NCBI GenBank assembly: GCA_963768855.1
Contig: CAVYJM010000006.1
Coordinates: 608,001-672,000 of the forward strand
Origin: an uncultured Thermoplasmata archaeon
GTDB lineage: Archaea > Thermoplasmatota > Thermoplasmata > RBG-16-68-12
Direction: 5' to 3'
DNA length: 64,000 bases
Under the pieces are notes generated by a model that was not told the DNA's origin, made no database searches, and was given only the letters and a program-made list of their open reading frames with translations. The position numbers were made by a program, and so were the translations under genes. Positions 1 to 9,806 of this stretch are shown here, piece after piece. The stretch's first letter is position 1. Each line of letters starts with the position of its first letter.

Positions 1-124
1 GTGGTCTAAAGGCCTTTGCTCATCCCCAGTCGACGCGCTCCCTGGGCTGAATCATGGCGACGCACATTCGCTCACCCCTCCCGCCTGCAGGACCTTGTAG
101 TCCTCCGCCCATGCAAACCCATTC

Positions 125-568
125 ATGGCCTACGATGCCCTGAAGGAGTTCGAGGGTGAGGAGTACAGCGGCATGCCCGTGGGCGGTGAGCATGCCTGGC
201 ACTACACGGACGCGCGGTGGCGGGAGCGAAAGGTGGCCCCGGATGCGTGGGAGTTCACGCTGACCTCCGTCAAGCGGCGCGACCGTCCTGCGCCGCCCGG
301 ATCCGGTGCAGCCGTGTTCACGGAGTACCACTGGTACCTGCTCGCCCATCAGTGGGCCCGCAAGATCGACGCGGACAGCTACACGACGTTCATGTCGGGG
401 ATGAAGTACAAGGTGGCCCACCGACGTCCGCACTGGCGCGCCTGGAGCTCCGAGTATCCGGGCCAGGAGACCGAGACGGAGCGGGTCGCCGGAATCCTCG
501 AATCGACGCTCGATCGGCTCCGGTCTTCGCGGGAGCGTCCGGCGCCCGTGTCCTTGGTCCTGCCCTGA
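125..568 (+). CDS. conserved hypothetical protein (aromatic-rich, 147 aa)
   Basis: Clean ORF with GC3-biased codons and protein-like sequence (KEFEGEEYSGMPVGG..W..TEYHWYLLAHQ..SYTTFMSGMKYKVAH); no function recognised. Confidence 0.75.
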   Translation: MAYDALKEFEGEEYSGMPVGGEHAWHYTDARWRERKVAPDAWEFTLTSVKRRDRPAPPGSGAAVFTEYHWYLLAHQWARKIDADSYTTFMSGMKYKVAHRRPHWRAWSSEYPGQETETERVAGILESTLDRLRSSRERPAPVSLVLP

Positions 569-579
569 GCCCGCTCGGC

Positions 580-1323
580 TCAACGGTACATGTCGGAGGG
601 GATCGTCGTCTCCTTGGGTGTCACGGGGATTGCCTGCTGCTTCAGCCGCTGCAGGTACTCCTCCAGTTGTTGCGCCTGCTGCTGGAGCGGCTTCAGGTCG
701 ATCGTCACGTCCTCCAGGAGCTCGTCGAGCGCGTGGACCAGGGCGACCGCGGCGTGGGCGTCCGGGAGGTCGGGACGCGCCTCCGCCAGGAGCGCGATCA
801 CGTTCGAGTTGCGCCAACGCCCCTCGTTCAGCAGGACCCCCGCCACGCCGGCGATCATCCCGGTCTCCAGCTGGTCGATCTTGTGCTTCTCGAGTTCCTG
901 CCTCGCGCCGTCCGTGCTCCCGACGCCCCAGACCGCGGGTCCCTCCGTCGGTCCGTCGCCCTCCATCGGCAGCCCCTCGAGGGAGATGATCCGGCGGCAC
1001 CCCTGTTTCTGGGCCCAGTCCAGGAGCGCGTAGGCCACCGCGCGATGGATGCGGGTCGGCAGCGGCATCTCGCAGACGAAAATGGCGAGCTTGTGCTCCG
1101 CGCTCGCGTACACGCGCGCGGGGAACTTCGGCTTCTTCGCGTAGATCATCGAGACGGACGGGAAGTCCTCCGACTCGAGGGCGCACACCTGGTCGACGGG
1201 GAGCATCTGGATCATGTAGGTGGCCGTGATCGTGCTGACGAGTCCGACGCTCGGGAACGCGGCGACGACCGTCCCGCCTTTCAGGTCGACCTGCTTGAGC
1301 GTGCGGACTTCAACCGTGGGCAT
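580..1323 (-). CDS. PAC2-family proteasome assembly chaperone
   Basis: VVAAFPSVGLVSTI, AQKQGCRRIISLEG, GMIAGVAGVLL and PDAHAA motifs typical of archaeal PAC2/PbaB proteins. Confidence 0.88.
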   Translation of the reverse strand: MPTVEVRTLKQVDLKGGTVVAAFPSVGLVSTITATYMIQMLPVDQVCALESEDFPSVSMIYAKKPKFPARVYASAEHKLAIFVCEMPLPTRIHRAVAYALLDWAQKQGCRRIISLEGLPMEGDGPTEGPAVWGVGSTDGARQELEKHKIDQLETGMIAGVAGVLLNEGRWRNSNVIALLAEARPDLPDAHAAVALVHALDELLEDVTIDLKPLQQQAQQLEEYLQRLKQQAIPVTPKETTIPSDMYR

Positions 1324-1378
1324 GGAGAACCCAAGCGAGGCATGCGACGGCGCTCGTAAGTAGTTTGGGCCTTCCGAG

Positions 1379-1726
1379 TCACAGGGCCTCGACGGCCTTG
1401 ACCGCCTCGTCGATTTCCTGCGACAACCGGGTGCGGGCCGCGGGATCGTGCCAGAGGTACGTGAGGTCGGGGCGCGTCTTGCGGCAGATGTCCAGCATCT
1501 CCTCGACCGTGGTCGCGCGAAGGACCTCGAGGACGACGGGGCGGAACGCCCGCAGCTCCGTCCCGTGGTGTCGCACGATGTCGGGGTAGAGCCAGAACTC
1601 CCCCTTCATCCAACGTTCCACGTACCCCCGGGACAGGGGCCGCACGCGCTTTGCGACCTGCCGCGTGAATGCGTCCTTCGCAAGCTCGAGGAGGAGCCGG
1701 TGCTCGGACTCCTGGGAGACCGCCAC
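1379..1726 (-). CDS. hypothetical protein (115 aa)
   Basis: Protein-like ORF with GC3 bias, same strand as and upstream of the PAC2 gene. Confidence 0.7.
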   Translation of the reverse strand: MAVSQESEHRLLLELAKDAFTRQVAKRVRPLSRGYVERWMKGEFWLYPDIVRHHGTELRAFRPVVLEVLRATTVEEMLDICRKTRPDLTYLWHDPAARTRLSQEIDEAVKAVEAL

Positions 1727-1987
1727 GGAAGGCGCCGATGGAGGCGGTTGGGCATAGACTTTGGTCTTTCCTGCCCGCGCCCGGACGGCCGTCGCTCCCC
1801 CGGGTCGATACTCTGCTTGCGGGGTGTGTCATCTAGGCACAGTAAGTGTTATCAATACCCATGTGCCAAATCGCATCGTGCCGGGTAGGTCCGCCAGAAT
1901 CCGGGTGAAATCGAAGAGCGCGCCTGCGATGGAGCGTGGCCGCCCGGACGGCGCTCGCATGCGGGACGCGCGGCGCGGGGGATCACC

Positions 1988-3856
1988 GTGTACGCTGAGA
2001 ACGAACGGATCGTGTCGGCCAAGGCAGGGGAAACCCTTCTCCTCCTCGGCAATGAGGCGATCGCCCGTGCGGCCGTCGAGGCCGGCGTGGACCTCGCGAC
2101 CACGTATCCGGGGACGCCGTCCTCGGAGATCGGCCTGGTCCTCGACGACGTTGCGAAAGAGGCCGGCCTAAAGTTCCAGTACGCGATCAACGAGAAGGTC
2201 GCGATGGAGGTCGCGGCGTCCGCGGCGGTCGGGGGCCTGAAGTCTCTCGTCTTCATGAAACACGTCGGGATGAACGTCGCCGCGGACGCCCTGATGACTC
2301 TCGCATACAGCGGCGTGCGGGGCGCGATGGTCGTCGTGACGGCGGACGACCCCGGATGCCACTCGAGCCAGAACGAGCAGGACAACCGGATCTTCGCGAA
2401 GTTCGCGAACCTGCCGCTCCTCGAGCCCGCGACGGCCCAGGAATGCCTCGACCTGACCAAGTTCGCCTTCGAGTTCTCCGCCTTCCTCGAGCTCCCGGTG
2501 ATCGTCCGCACGACGACCCGCGTGAGCCACGCCCGCGGTCCCGTGACGGTCGGCGACCGGCTCGCCCCGCGGCGAACGGCCCACTTCGACCGCGAGCCGA
2601 ACCGGTTCGTCATGCTGCCCGCGAACGCGCGGGAGGGTCACAAGCGGGTCCTCCAGAAGATGCGCCTTGCGGAGGGCATCTCCGAGTCGACCCCGTTCAA
2701 CCGCATCGAGGACCTCGGCCGGAAGGGGGACATCGGGATCGTGGCCTCGGGCCCCGCCTACCTGTACCTCATGGAGTTCGCGGACGACCTGATGGGCAAG
2801 GTCCTCAAGCTCGGCCTCACGAACCCGCTGCCGAAGTCGAAGATCACCCAGTTCCTGCGCAGCGTGAAGCGCGTCGTGGTCCTCGAGGAGCTCGAGCCCT
2901 TCCTGGAAGACCAGCTCCGCGCCCTGGCGAACGAGTTCGACATCCACGTCGACGTCTACGGCAAGGCGCAGGGCCTCCTGCCCCGGACCGGAGAGCTCGA
3001 CCCGGATCTGGTCGCCGAGGCGCTCGCGCGGCTGGAGATGCTCGACCCGAAGACGGTCCAGCGGCTGCGGGACGTCAAGCTCGCCAAGATCCCCGTCCGG
3101 CCGCCCGTCCTGTGCCCGGGCTGCGGCCACCGCGGCGTTGCCTTCGCGGCGCGGCAGGCATCCCGCCGCCAGGACGTCCTGTTCCCCGTGGACATCGGCT
3201 GCTACAGCCTCGTCGAGTACCCGCCCACCGCGACGGGGGACATCCTGCTCTGCATGGGCTCCTCGATCGGCACGGCCGCCGGCCTGGCTGCGACCACGGA
3301 CAAGAAGATCCTCGCGTTCATCGGCGACTCCACGTTCTACCATGCGGGCATCCCCGCGCTGATCCACTCCGTCCACCAGGATCTCACGATGACCGTGTGC
3401 ATCATGGACAACGGCACGACGGCCATGACGGGCCACCAGCCCCATCCGGGCGTCGCGCAACCCGGCCATCCCGCGGTGGACATGGAGGGCCTCGTCCGCG
3501 CATGCGGCGTCAAGAGCGTCGAGACGTACGACGCGTACGACGTGAAAGCCCTGACGAAGGCGTTCCGCCGGGCGCTGGACCGAGACGGCGTCAACGTGAT
3601 CATCGCGCGCCATGAGTGCCGCCTCCTCGAGCTCCGGGACCAGAAGGCGAAGGGGCAGGCCCCCGTCCTCTACGAGGTCCTCCCCGAGAAGTGCACGAAG
3701 TGCGGATTCTGCATCGACGCCTTCGCCTGCCCAGCCCTCGTCAAGCTCGAGGACGAGAGCGTGGCGATCGACCCGGCCCTGTGCAACGGCTGCGCCGTCT
3801 GCGCGGACATCTGCCCGCCCAAGGCGATCGTCCTGGTCAAGGAGGCGAGGGCATGA
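1988..3856 (+). CDS. iorA: indolepyruvate:ferredoxin oxidoreductase alpha subunit
   Basis: LLLGNEAIARAA, YPGTPSSEI, NEKVAMEVA, KHVGMNVAAD, DDPGCHSSQNEQDNR, TPP motif IGDSTFYH..DNGTTAMTG, and a C-terminal 2x[4Fe-4S] domain (CTKCGFC..CP, CNGCAVCADICP). Confidence 0.96.
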   Translation: MYAENERIVSAKAGETLLLLGNEAIARAAVEAGVDLATTYPGTPSSEIGLVLDDVAKEAGLKFQYAINEKVAMEVAASAAVGGLKSLVFMKHVGMNVAADALMTLAYSGVRGAMVVVTADDPGCHSSQNEQDNRIFAKFANLPLLEPATAQECLDLTKFAFEFSAFLELPVIVRTTTRVSHARGPVTVGDRLAPRRTAHFDREPNRFVMLPANAREGHKRVLQKMRLAEGISESTPFNRIEDLGRKGDIGIVASGPAYLYLMEFADDLMGKVLKLGLTNPLPKSKITQFLRSVKRVVVLEELEPFLEDQLRALANEFDIHVDVYGKAQGLLPRTGELDPDLVAEALARLEMLDPKTVQRLRDVKLAKIPVRPPVLCPGCGHRGVAFAARQASRRQDVLFPVDIGCYSLVEYPPTATGDILLCMGSSIGTAAGLAATTDKKILAFIGDSTFYHAGIPALIHSVHQDLTMTVCIMDNGTTAMTGHQPHPGVAQPGHPAVDMEGLVRACGVKSVETYDAYDVKALTKAFRRALDRDGVNVIIARHECRLLELRDQKAKGQAPVLYEVLPEKCTKCGFCIDAFACPALVKLEDESVAIDPALCNGCAVCADICPPKAIVLVKEARA

Positions 3857-4467
3857 AGGGCACGAGCATCGTCATCGGCGGCGTGGGCGGCCAGGGCGTC
3901 ATCCTGACAGCCCGCATCCTGTCCGAGGCCGCGCTCACCCACGGGCTCAAAGTCCAGATGTCCGAGGTCCACGGGATGAGCCAGCGCTACGGCTCGGTCG
4001 TCTCGACGGTCCGCATGGGGAACGTGCAGACCTCCATGGTCAAGAAGGGCGAGGCCGACGCGATCGTGGGCTTCGAGCCGCTCGAGAGCGTGCGGATGCT
4101 CCCGTACGCCGCTCGCAAGACGGTCGTCATCACCGCGCTCACGCCGATCCGGCCTCTCCTCGTCGTCCTCGGCAAGGAATCCTATCCCTCCCTGGAGGAG
4201 CTGCACCGCCAGCTCCGGGAGCGCGCGGGCCGCGTGCTCGCGGTGGACGCGGACCGCATCGCCCGGTCCGTCGGCGACCCCGTCGTCGCGAACAGCGTCC
4301 TCTTGGGCGCCCTGCTCGGCACGAAGGTCGTGCCGGTCCCGCTCGAGCGCATCCGGAGGACCCTCGCCGAGCACGTCCCGGGGAAGCTCCTTGCGGCGAA
4401 CCTAGAAGCCTTGGACATCGGTTATGGGATCGCGGTCCAGGACCAGTACTCGATCCAATTCGCCTAG
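3853..4467 (+). CDS. iorB: indolepyruvate:ferredoxin oxidoreductase beta subunit
   Basis: ATGA overlap with iorA; IVIGGVGGQGVIL, SEVHGMSQRYGSVVS, ANSVLLGAL, ANLEALDIG. Confidence 0.93.
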   Translation: MKGTSIVIGGVGGQGVILTARILSEAALTHGLKVQMSEVHGMSQRYGSVVSTVRMGNVQTSMVKKGEADAIVGFEPLESVRMLPYAARKTVVITALTPIRPLLVVLGKESYPSLEELHRQLRERAGRVLAVDADRIARSVGDPVVANSVLLGALLGTKVVPVPLERIRRTLAEHVPGKLLAANLEALDIGYGIAVQDQYSIQFA

Positions 4468-4475
4468 GTGACATC

Positions 4476-5450
4476 ATGTCGGAGAACTCACGCGGAATTT
4501 CGGGAAAGGCCGTGGCGCCGGGGATCCTCCTCGTGTTCCTGACGGTCCTTTTCAGCGGCGTCTCGAACTTCGTGAACGCGCAGGCCCTCGGACAGAACCC
4601 CGCCTGGAATTCGGACCTGTTCGTAACCCTGCGGAACGTGACCGTGGCGCTCCTGCTCGTGCCTCTGGTCTTCCTGGCCGGCCGGACCGCCCATGCTCGG
4701 CTCAGCCGGGTCGACTGGCTCAAGCTCGGGACGATCGGCCTCGTCGGCGGGGCGATCCCCTTTGTGCTGTTCTTCCGCGGACTCCAGATGGCCGGATCCA
4801 GCGGCGCGGCAACCGCCACGTTCGGGTACCGCGCCCTGTTCCTCGTCGCGGCGGTCCTCGGCGTCGTCTTCCTGAAGGAGCGTGTCTCCCCGCGCCTCGC
4901 GCTGACGGCAGTCCTCCTCCTGGCGGGGAACGCCCTTCTCCTCTCCCTGACCGCGCCGATCTGGACGGACGGGACGGCCTACGTCCTCCTGGCCACGGTC
5001 CTCTGGGCGGGCGAGTACACCCTCTCAAAGCACACCCTCCGGAACGTGTCGTCCGGGACGGTGGCCCTGGGCCGGATGGGCTTCGGCGGGGCCTTCCTCC
5101 TGGTCTACGTCGCACTCACGGGCCAGCTCTCCGGATTCGCCGCGATCAGCGGGCCGCAGTGGGGGTGGATCGCCCTCAGCGTGATCCTGCTCCTCGGGTT
5201 CGTGACGACCTGGTACGCAGGACTCAAGACGGTCGACGTGAGCCTGGCGACCGCCATGCTCGTCCTCGCCTTCCCGATCACCTGGGCCCTGGGATTCCTC
5301 GCGTCGAAGAGCACGTTCGGGCTGCCCCAGCTCGCGGGCGTCGTGGCGATTACGATCGGCGTCGCACTGGCCGTCGGCCTGGCCTCCCTCCGGGAGACCT
5401 GGAAGGCGGTCCTCGCATGGATCCGGACGAGGGCGCTCCGCGCGGAGTGA
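4476..5450 (+). CDS. EamA/DMT-family transporter
   Basis: About 10 hydrophobic segments in two EamA-like repeats (FLKERVS.., LLATVLWAGEYTLSK); ATG at 4476. Confidence 0.85.
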   Translation: MSENSRGISGKAVAPGILLVFLTVLFSGVSNFVNAQALGQNPAWNSDLFVTLRNVTVALLLVPLVFLAGRTAHARLSRVDWLKLGTIGLVGGAIPFVLFFRGLQMAGSSGAATATFGYRALFLVAAVLGVVFLKERVSPRLALTAVLLLAGNALLLSLTAPIWTDGTAYVLLATVLWAGEYTLSKHTLRNVSSGTVALGRMGFGGAFLLVYVALTGQLSGFAAISGPQWGWIALSVILLLGFVTTWYAGLKTVDVSLATAMLVLAFPITWALGFLASKSTFGLPQLAGVVAITIGVALAVGLASLRETWKAVLAWIRTRALRAE

Positions 5451-5453
5451 TCG

Positions 5454-6188
5454 ATGCAGGGCGTCCAACTGGCGGCGCGGTTCAGCATCGCGACGAACCG
5501 CCTGAAGTACTGCGGGCCCGCGGACGCGGAGCCCGCCCTCTTCCGGACGATCGTGGAAGGCAAGGACCTCGCCGCCTCGAGGAACGCCCTCCTGCACTTC
5601 GAGGCCCTCGAGCCCTACCTCACGGCCATCGCGGCGAAGCACGGCCTGGACCCGCTCGATCACGACGTCGTCGAGGCGTACTGGATCGGCAACAAGCTCC
5701 TCGACGACTTCACCCGGGACGACTTCCGGGGCGTCCTGGACACCCTCACCCGGCGCGGCCTGCCGCGGACCATGGCGGATGCTTTCGCCGCGCACTTGCC
5801 CGAGCGTCCCCTGCCCCACCACGTCTTCCACGTGAGCTACGTCGGCGTCGGGAACGTCACGGGCCACGTCAAGACGACCCTGCCGAACATGGAGGCGTGC
5901 CGACCCGCTTGGGCCCGCGTCCTCCGGATTTCGAAGGTCGGACTTGAGGTCGAGAAGCCCCCGCTCGAGTACGTCCGGGGCCGGCTGCGGCTCGGGGCTC
6001 CCGTCCGGGAGACGGTCGCGTACGATCCGAAGGTGCTCCGCGGGATTGCCGCGGGGGACCATGTGGCCCTCCATTGGAACTGGCCCGCGGTCATCCTGAC
6101 GGACGGCCAGCTCACGAACCTCAAGGAATACACGGAACGCTCCCTCTCCGCCGCGAGCGACGCCCTCGCCGACCTGCGCGCCCCGTGA
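5454..6188 (+). CDS. DUF6390-like protein with HypC-like C-terminus
   Basis: N-terminal [42 protein letters not shown], and C-terminal [11 protein letters not shown] resembling the HypC GDYVLVH motif. Confidence 0.7.
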   Translation: MQGVQLAARFSIATNRLKYCGPADAEPALFRTIVEGKDLAASRNALLHFEALEPYLTAIAAKHGLDPLDHDVVEAYWIGNKLLDDFTRDDFRGVLDTLTRRGLPRTMADAFAAHLPERPLPHHVFHVSYVGVGNVTGHVKTTLPNMEACRPAWARVLRISKVGLEVEKPPLEYVRGRLRLGAPVRETVAYDPKVLRGIAAGDHVALHWNWPAVILTDGQLTNLKEYTERSLSAASDALADLRAP

Positions 6189-6194
6189 CCGCGT

Positions 6195-6842
6195 TCAGCC
6201 CTCGACGACCGTGATCGTCCCACGCATGTATCCCGGCGTCTCCATCGAGGACGCGTCGCAGGGGGCCAGGCAGTGCCACGTGAACGAACCCGTGACGTTG
6301 AAGTAGGCCCGGAAAGTGACGATCATGGGGTCCGCCAGGCTGTTCGCGCGGGGGACCGGCACGTTCAGGGCATAGCCGCCCTGGTCCAGCGTGAAGGTGT
6401 GCGACACCTGGTCCGCGGGCACCGCGGCCATGTCCATCCCCTGGGCCTCGGAGGCCGCCCGCATCGTCTCCATGCCGCCGAGGGTCCCCACGACCCGCGC
6501 CGACTCGCTGGCCACGGGGTTCGAGACGTTGTCGTAGTTCGTGATCGTGACGAGGACGAGCGTGTGCGCGGGCACCGTGAAGTTCGCGGGCAGGTAGCGG
6601 TCGAGCCCCGTCGCGAAGTCGAACCCGATCGTCAGGAAAAGGTAGCCGGTCCCGGGCCCCGACGGTCCGGGACCCGGGCCCCCGGGTCAGGTAGCCGACG
6701 AGCCCGCCGCCGATGAGGCCGAGGACGAGCGACGACGACCGACGGCCAGGACTATCGTGCCTCGCGTCGGCGGCCGGGTCCCCCGCATCGTCCCGGGATG
6801 TGCGTTGCCGTCGATGCGGTCCTCGTACCCGTGGTTGGACAT
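6195..6842 (-). CDS. membrane-anchored cupredoxin/sulfocyanin-like protein (two compensating frameshifts near 6750 and 6690)
   Basis: ATG 6842 with GGAGG upstream; TM segment LVLGLIGGGLVGYL read in the shifted frame; then PANFTVPAHT.V.VTITNYD, SHTFT and C-terminal WHCLAPCDASSMETPGYMRGTITV. Confidence 0.7.
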
Positions 6843-6880
6843 GCCGCTCCTTCCTCCCTACCGACGGGGAGGCGTGGGAC

Positions 6881-6914
6881 ACTGTATCTTGCCCTTGCGC
6901 AAGTACTGTACTTG
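6881..6914. promoter_or_regulatory. candidate operator: perfect palindrome CAAGTAC-T-GTACTTG (6900-6914) plus a related half-site at 6881
   Basis: Seen directly about 60 bp upstream of the cupredoxin start. Confidence 0.5.
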
Positions 6915-6999
6915 GCGGGCGGTGTCGGGCGCACCGCGGCGACGCGAATCGCCCGACCCTGGTTGCGATTCGCCGGTCCAGGCCGCCGCGGTCCCCGCC

Positions 7000-8105
7000 T
7001 CACTTCGTCTTCCACGACAGGGCGCGCGCGGGGATCACGAAGAAGATGACCGCGATGACCGCGGTCACCGCTAGGTCGACGAGTGCTGCCCCATCGTTGC
7101 CCAGGACCATCGTGGACCGCAGGCCTTCGTTGAGGTAGGTCAGCGGCAGGAAGTTCGCGACGGTCTTCAGGTACGAGGGGAACAGGTCGATCGGGAAGAA
7201 GGAGCCGGAGAGGAACATCATCGGGAAGCCGATCGCGTTCGCGATCGCCGCCGAGGTCTCCTGGTCCCGGATGAAGATCCCGAGGAGCATGCCGAGCGAG
7301 GTGAACTCGACGGTCCCCGCGACGATCAGGAGGACCGCCACGGGCGTGATCGTGCCGTCCATGTGGAAGACGAAGACGCCCGCGACCAGGATGAGGACCA
7401 CGGAGACGAACATGAGCAGGGTGTAGAACAGGATCTTGGCCGCGAGCCATTCCGCCTTCGAGAGCTTCGTGGTCGCGAGGAATTTGAAGTACTTCCGGGT
7501 CCGGTACTCCGCGCAGATGCCCGTCATCCCGAACAGCGGTGTGGTGAGGACGGTGAAACCGATGATCCCCGGCAGGAAGAGGTCGATGTACTTCTCGCCT
7601 CGTTCGGAGACGGTGCCCGTCGTCAGATGGACGACGGGCTGGGTCGTTCGTCACGGCAAAGTTGAACCCGGTGATGGCTCCCGCCGACGGCGGACGCGGC
7701 GATGCCGAACGGGGACTGCGTCGGGTCGCCGTACAGGGTGACCGTTACCGTCGCGTTCGGGTCCCCGGCCTGGGCCCGGGAGACGTTGTCCCCGAACCCC
7801 TCCGGAATCAGGAGAGCAGTGTTGATCGAGTTCTCACGGATGTAGGTCGTGATGTTCACGTTACTCGGGATCGGGTTGTAGATGAGGATTGTCGTGTTGT
7901 TGAGGGCTTGGACGAACTGCCAGCTCGCCGTGGTTCCGTCCAGGTTCTGCACGTAGATCGGCAGGGTGGAGGTTCCACTGCCGCTGAAGATGGCGCCGAA
8001 GAGCAGGATGATGATGACCGGGAATGCCAGGGCAAAGAACGTCCCCGTGCGAGACCGCAGGTACTGCATGCCGAAGGCCTTCGCGTCGGCCAGGATACGG
8101 CTCAT
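7000..8105 (-). CDS. ABC-2 type exporter permease (frameshift around 7625-7690)
   Basis: N-part FFALAFPVIIILLFGAIFSG..IYVQNLD; C-part YFLPGIIGFTVL, PMMFLSGSFFPIDLFPSYLKTVANFLPLTY; the two ORFs join by a single shift. Confidence 0.82.
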
Positions 8106-9037
8106 TAGGCGAGCTCACCTTCCTTCATACGTGCGCCGATGAGCCTCAGGAACACATCCTCGAGGGTGGGCCTTCGGGTGTAGATTTCCTTCAAGGGCAT
8201 TTCGATTGACGCGACCTTGGCGAGCGTCCACCGCACGAGGGACGGGTCGTCCACGTGGACCAGGACGTTCCCGTTCTCCTGCTGCGCAACGATGCCGCGC
8301 GCCCGTAGCGCCTCGTAGCCCGCTTGGCCTGCGCCCGCTAGGACGATCGTGGTCCCGTGGCCGTAGCGGGTGATCAGCTCCTCGGGCGAACCGCGCGCGA
8401 CGATCCGGCCCTTGTTCATGATCGCGACGTCGTCGGCCAGCTGCTCGGCCTCGTCGAGGTAGTGCGTCGTCAGGAGGACCGTCTTCCCGGCCGATTGGAG
8501 GGAACGGATGAGCCCCCAGAGTTCTCGCCGGGCGCCGGGATCGAGCCCGGTCGTCGGCTCATCGAGGAAAACGAGGTCCGGGTTCCCGACGAGGGCCATC
8601 GCGATCCCGAGGCGTCGCTTCTCCCCGCCGGAAAGGTTGATTCCTTGGGTGTCCGCCCGGGAGGTGAGCCCGACGGTCTCGATGATCTTCGCAATCTCCT
8701 CCTCGCCCATCTTCTGATCGAAGAGGGAGGACCAGTACTCGACGGCCTCGGTGGGCTTGAGGCGGTCGAACGGCTCGAAATCCTGGGGGAGGACGCCGAC
8801 GCGCTCGCGGATGCGCCGGTATTCCCTCGTCACGTCGACGCCGAACACCTTGGCGGATCCCGCGGTGGGATCCCGGAGTCCCTCCAGAATCTCGACGGTC
8901 GTCGTCTTCCCGGCGCCGTTCGGACCCAGGAGGGAGAAGATCTGCCCGGGCCGGACCTCGAAGTCGATGCCGTCCACGGCCTTGATGTCCGGGTACTCCT
9001 TGCGGAGCCCCCGCACCTCGATGGCGAGATCCACCAT
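8105..9037 (-). CDS. ABC exporter ATP-binding protein
   Basis: Walker A GPNGAGKTT, signature LSGGEKRRL, Walker B VFLDEPT, TTHYLDEAE. Confidence 0.95.
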   Translation of the reverse strand: MVDLAIEVRGLRKEYPDIKAVDGIDFEVRPGQIFSLLGPNGAGKTTTVEILEGLRDPTAGSAKVFGVDVTREYRRIRERVGVLPQDFEPFDRLKPTEAVEYWSSLFDQKMGEEEIAKIIETVGLTSRADTQGINLSGGEKRRLGIAMALVGNPDLVFLDEPTTGLDPGARRELWGLIRSLQSAGKTVLLTTHYLDEAEQLADDVAIMNKGRIVARGSPEELITRYGHGTTIVLAGAGQAGYEALRARGIVAQQENGNVLVHVDDPSLVRWTLAKVASIEMPLKEIYTRRPTLEDVFLRLIGARMKEGELA

Positions 9038-9100
9038 TCCTCGGCCCCCGGCGAGGAACGGGGACTGGCCTTATGGAGTTTGTCGCGCACGGGTGCCCGC

Positions 9101-9475
9101 CTACGGATCCTCGAGGACCAGGGTGGCCCGCCGGACGACGAACCCCCGTCCGCCTCGGAGCTCCAGGGCGGCCCCGCAATCCGGGCAGAGAGCGCGGGGC
9201 AGCTCGTGGCCGTGGCCCGTGGGGAGCTCGAAGGGTTTCGCGGCCTTGCAGGACGGGCACACGGCCGTGGCGGGTACCAGGGAGACCCGGAGGACCGCGC
9301 CGTCGAGGAGGGTGTTCGCCGCCTCCAGATCGAAGGCGGCCTGCAGCTCCTGCGGGTTCAGGCCCTCCAGCTGGCCGAGATCGATGTCGATCGCCTTGCA
9401 GCCGCTCGCGCCCCGCTGGTCCATCTCCGCCAGGACCACGCGGACGACCTGCTGGGCGATGACGGTTTCATGCAT
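9101..9475 (-). CDS. hypA: hydrogenase maturation nickel metallochaperone HypA
   Basis: N-terminal MHE, IDLGQLEG, two CxxC (CPSC, CPDC), GRGFVV. Confidence 0.92.
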   Translation of the reverse strand: MHETVIAQQVVRVVLAEMDQRGASGCKAIDIDLGQLEGLNPQELQAAFDLEAANTLLDGAVLRVSLVPATAVCPSCKAAKPFELPTGHGHELPRALCPDCGAALELRGGRGFVVRRATLVLEDP

Positions 9476-9689
9476 CGCCGGCGGCCTCGACCTCGTCCCA
9501 CGCCTCGAGGATCTCCTCCGCCTCCTTGCGCTCGACGGTCATCATCGCGACGCCGCCTTGCACGAGGAGATACTCGCCGACGCGCGTCTTCACGTGGCTC
9601 GCGTCGACCTCGCGCGTCCAGCCGCGGGAGGTGACGACGGCCTTCTTGCCGCGCATCTCGAGGACCTTGGCCGGAACGGTGAGACACAT
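9468..9689 (-). CDS. hypC: hydrogenase maturation chaperone HypC
   Basis: MCLTVPAKV N-terminus, VGEYLLVQGGVA, EAEEILEAW. Confidence 0.9.
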   Translation of the reverse strand: MCLTVPAKVLEMRGKKAVVTSRGWTREVDASHVKTRVGEYLLVQGGVAMMTVERKEAEEILEAWDEVEAAGDA

Positions 9690-9806
9690 TTCGGTGACCC
9701 CGATTCGGAGACCCTTTTCGGCTCCGTCCCAAATATACCATCTATATGTACAAAACGTTAGCGACGTTCAAGTCGAACGGACCCCGTCGAATTGGTCGGC
9801 GGGACT

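Noticed and set aside
1836-1867. GGCACA-N20-TGTGCC inverted repeat upstream of iorA
   Set aside because: Only 6 bp with a long spacer, which is expected by chance
6686-6692. In-frame TGA in the cupredoxin frame as selenocysteine or readthrough
   Set aside because: The intervening TM helix is clearly encoded in another frame (compensating indels), and the position is not a Cys-equivalent site
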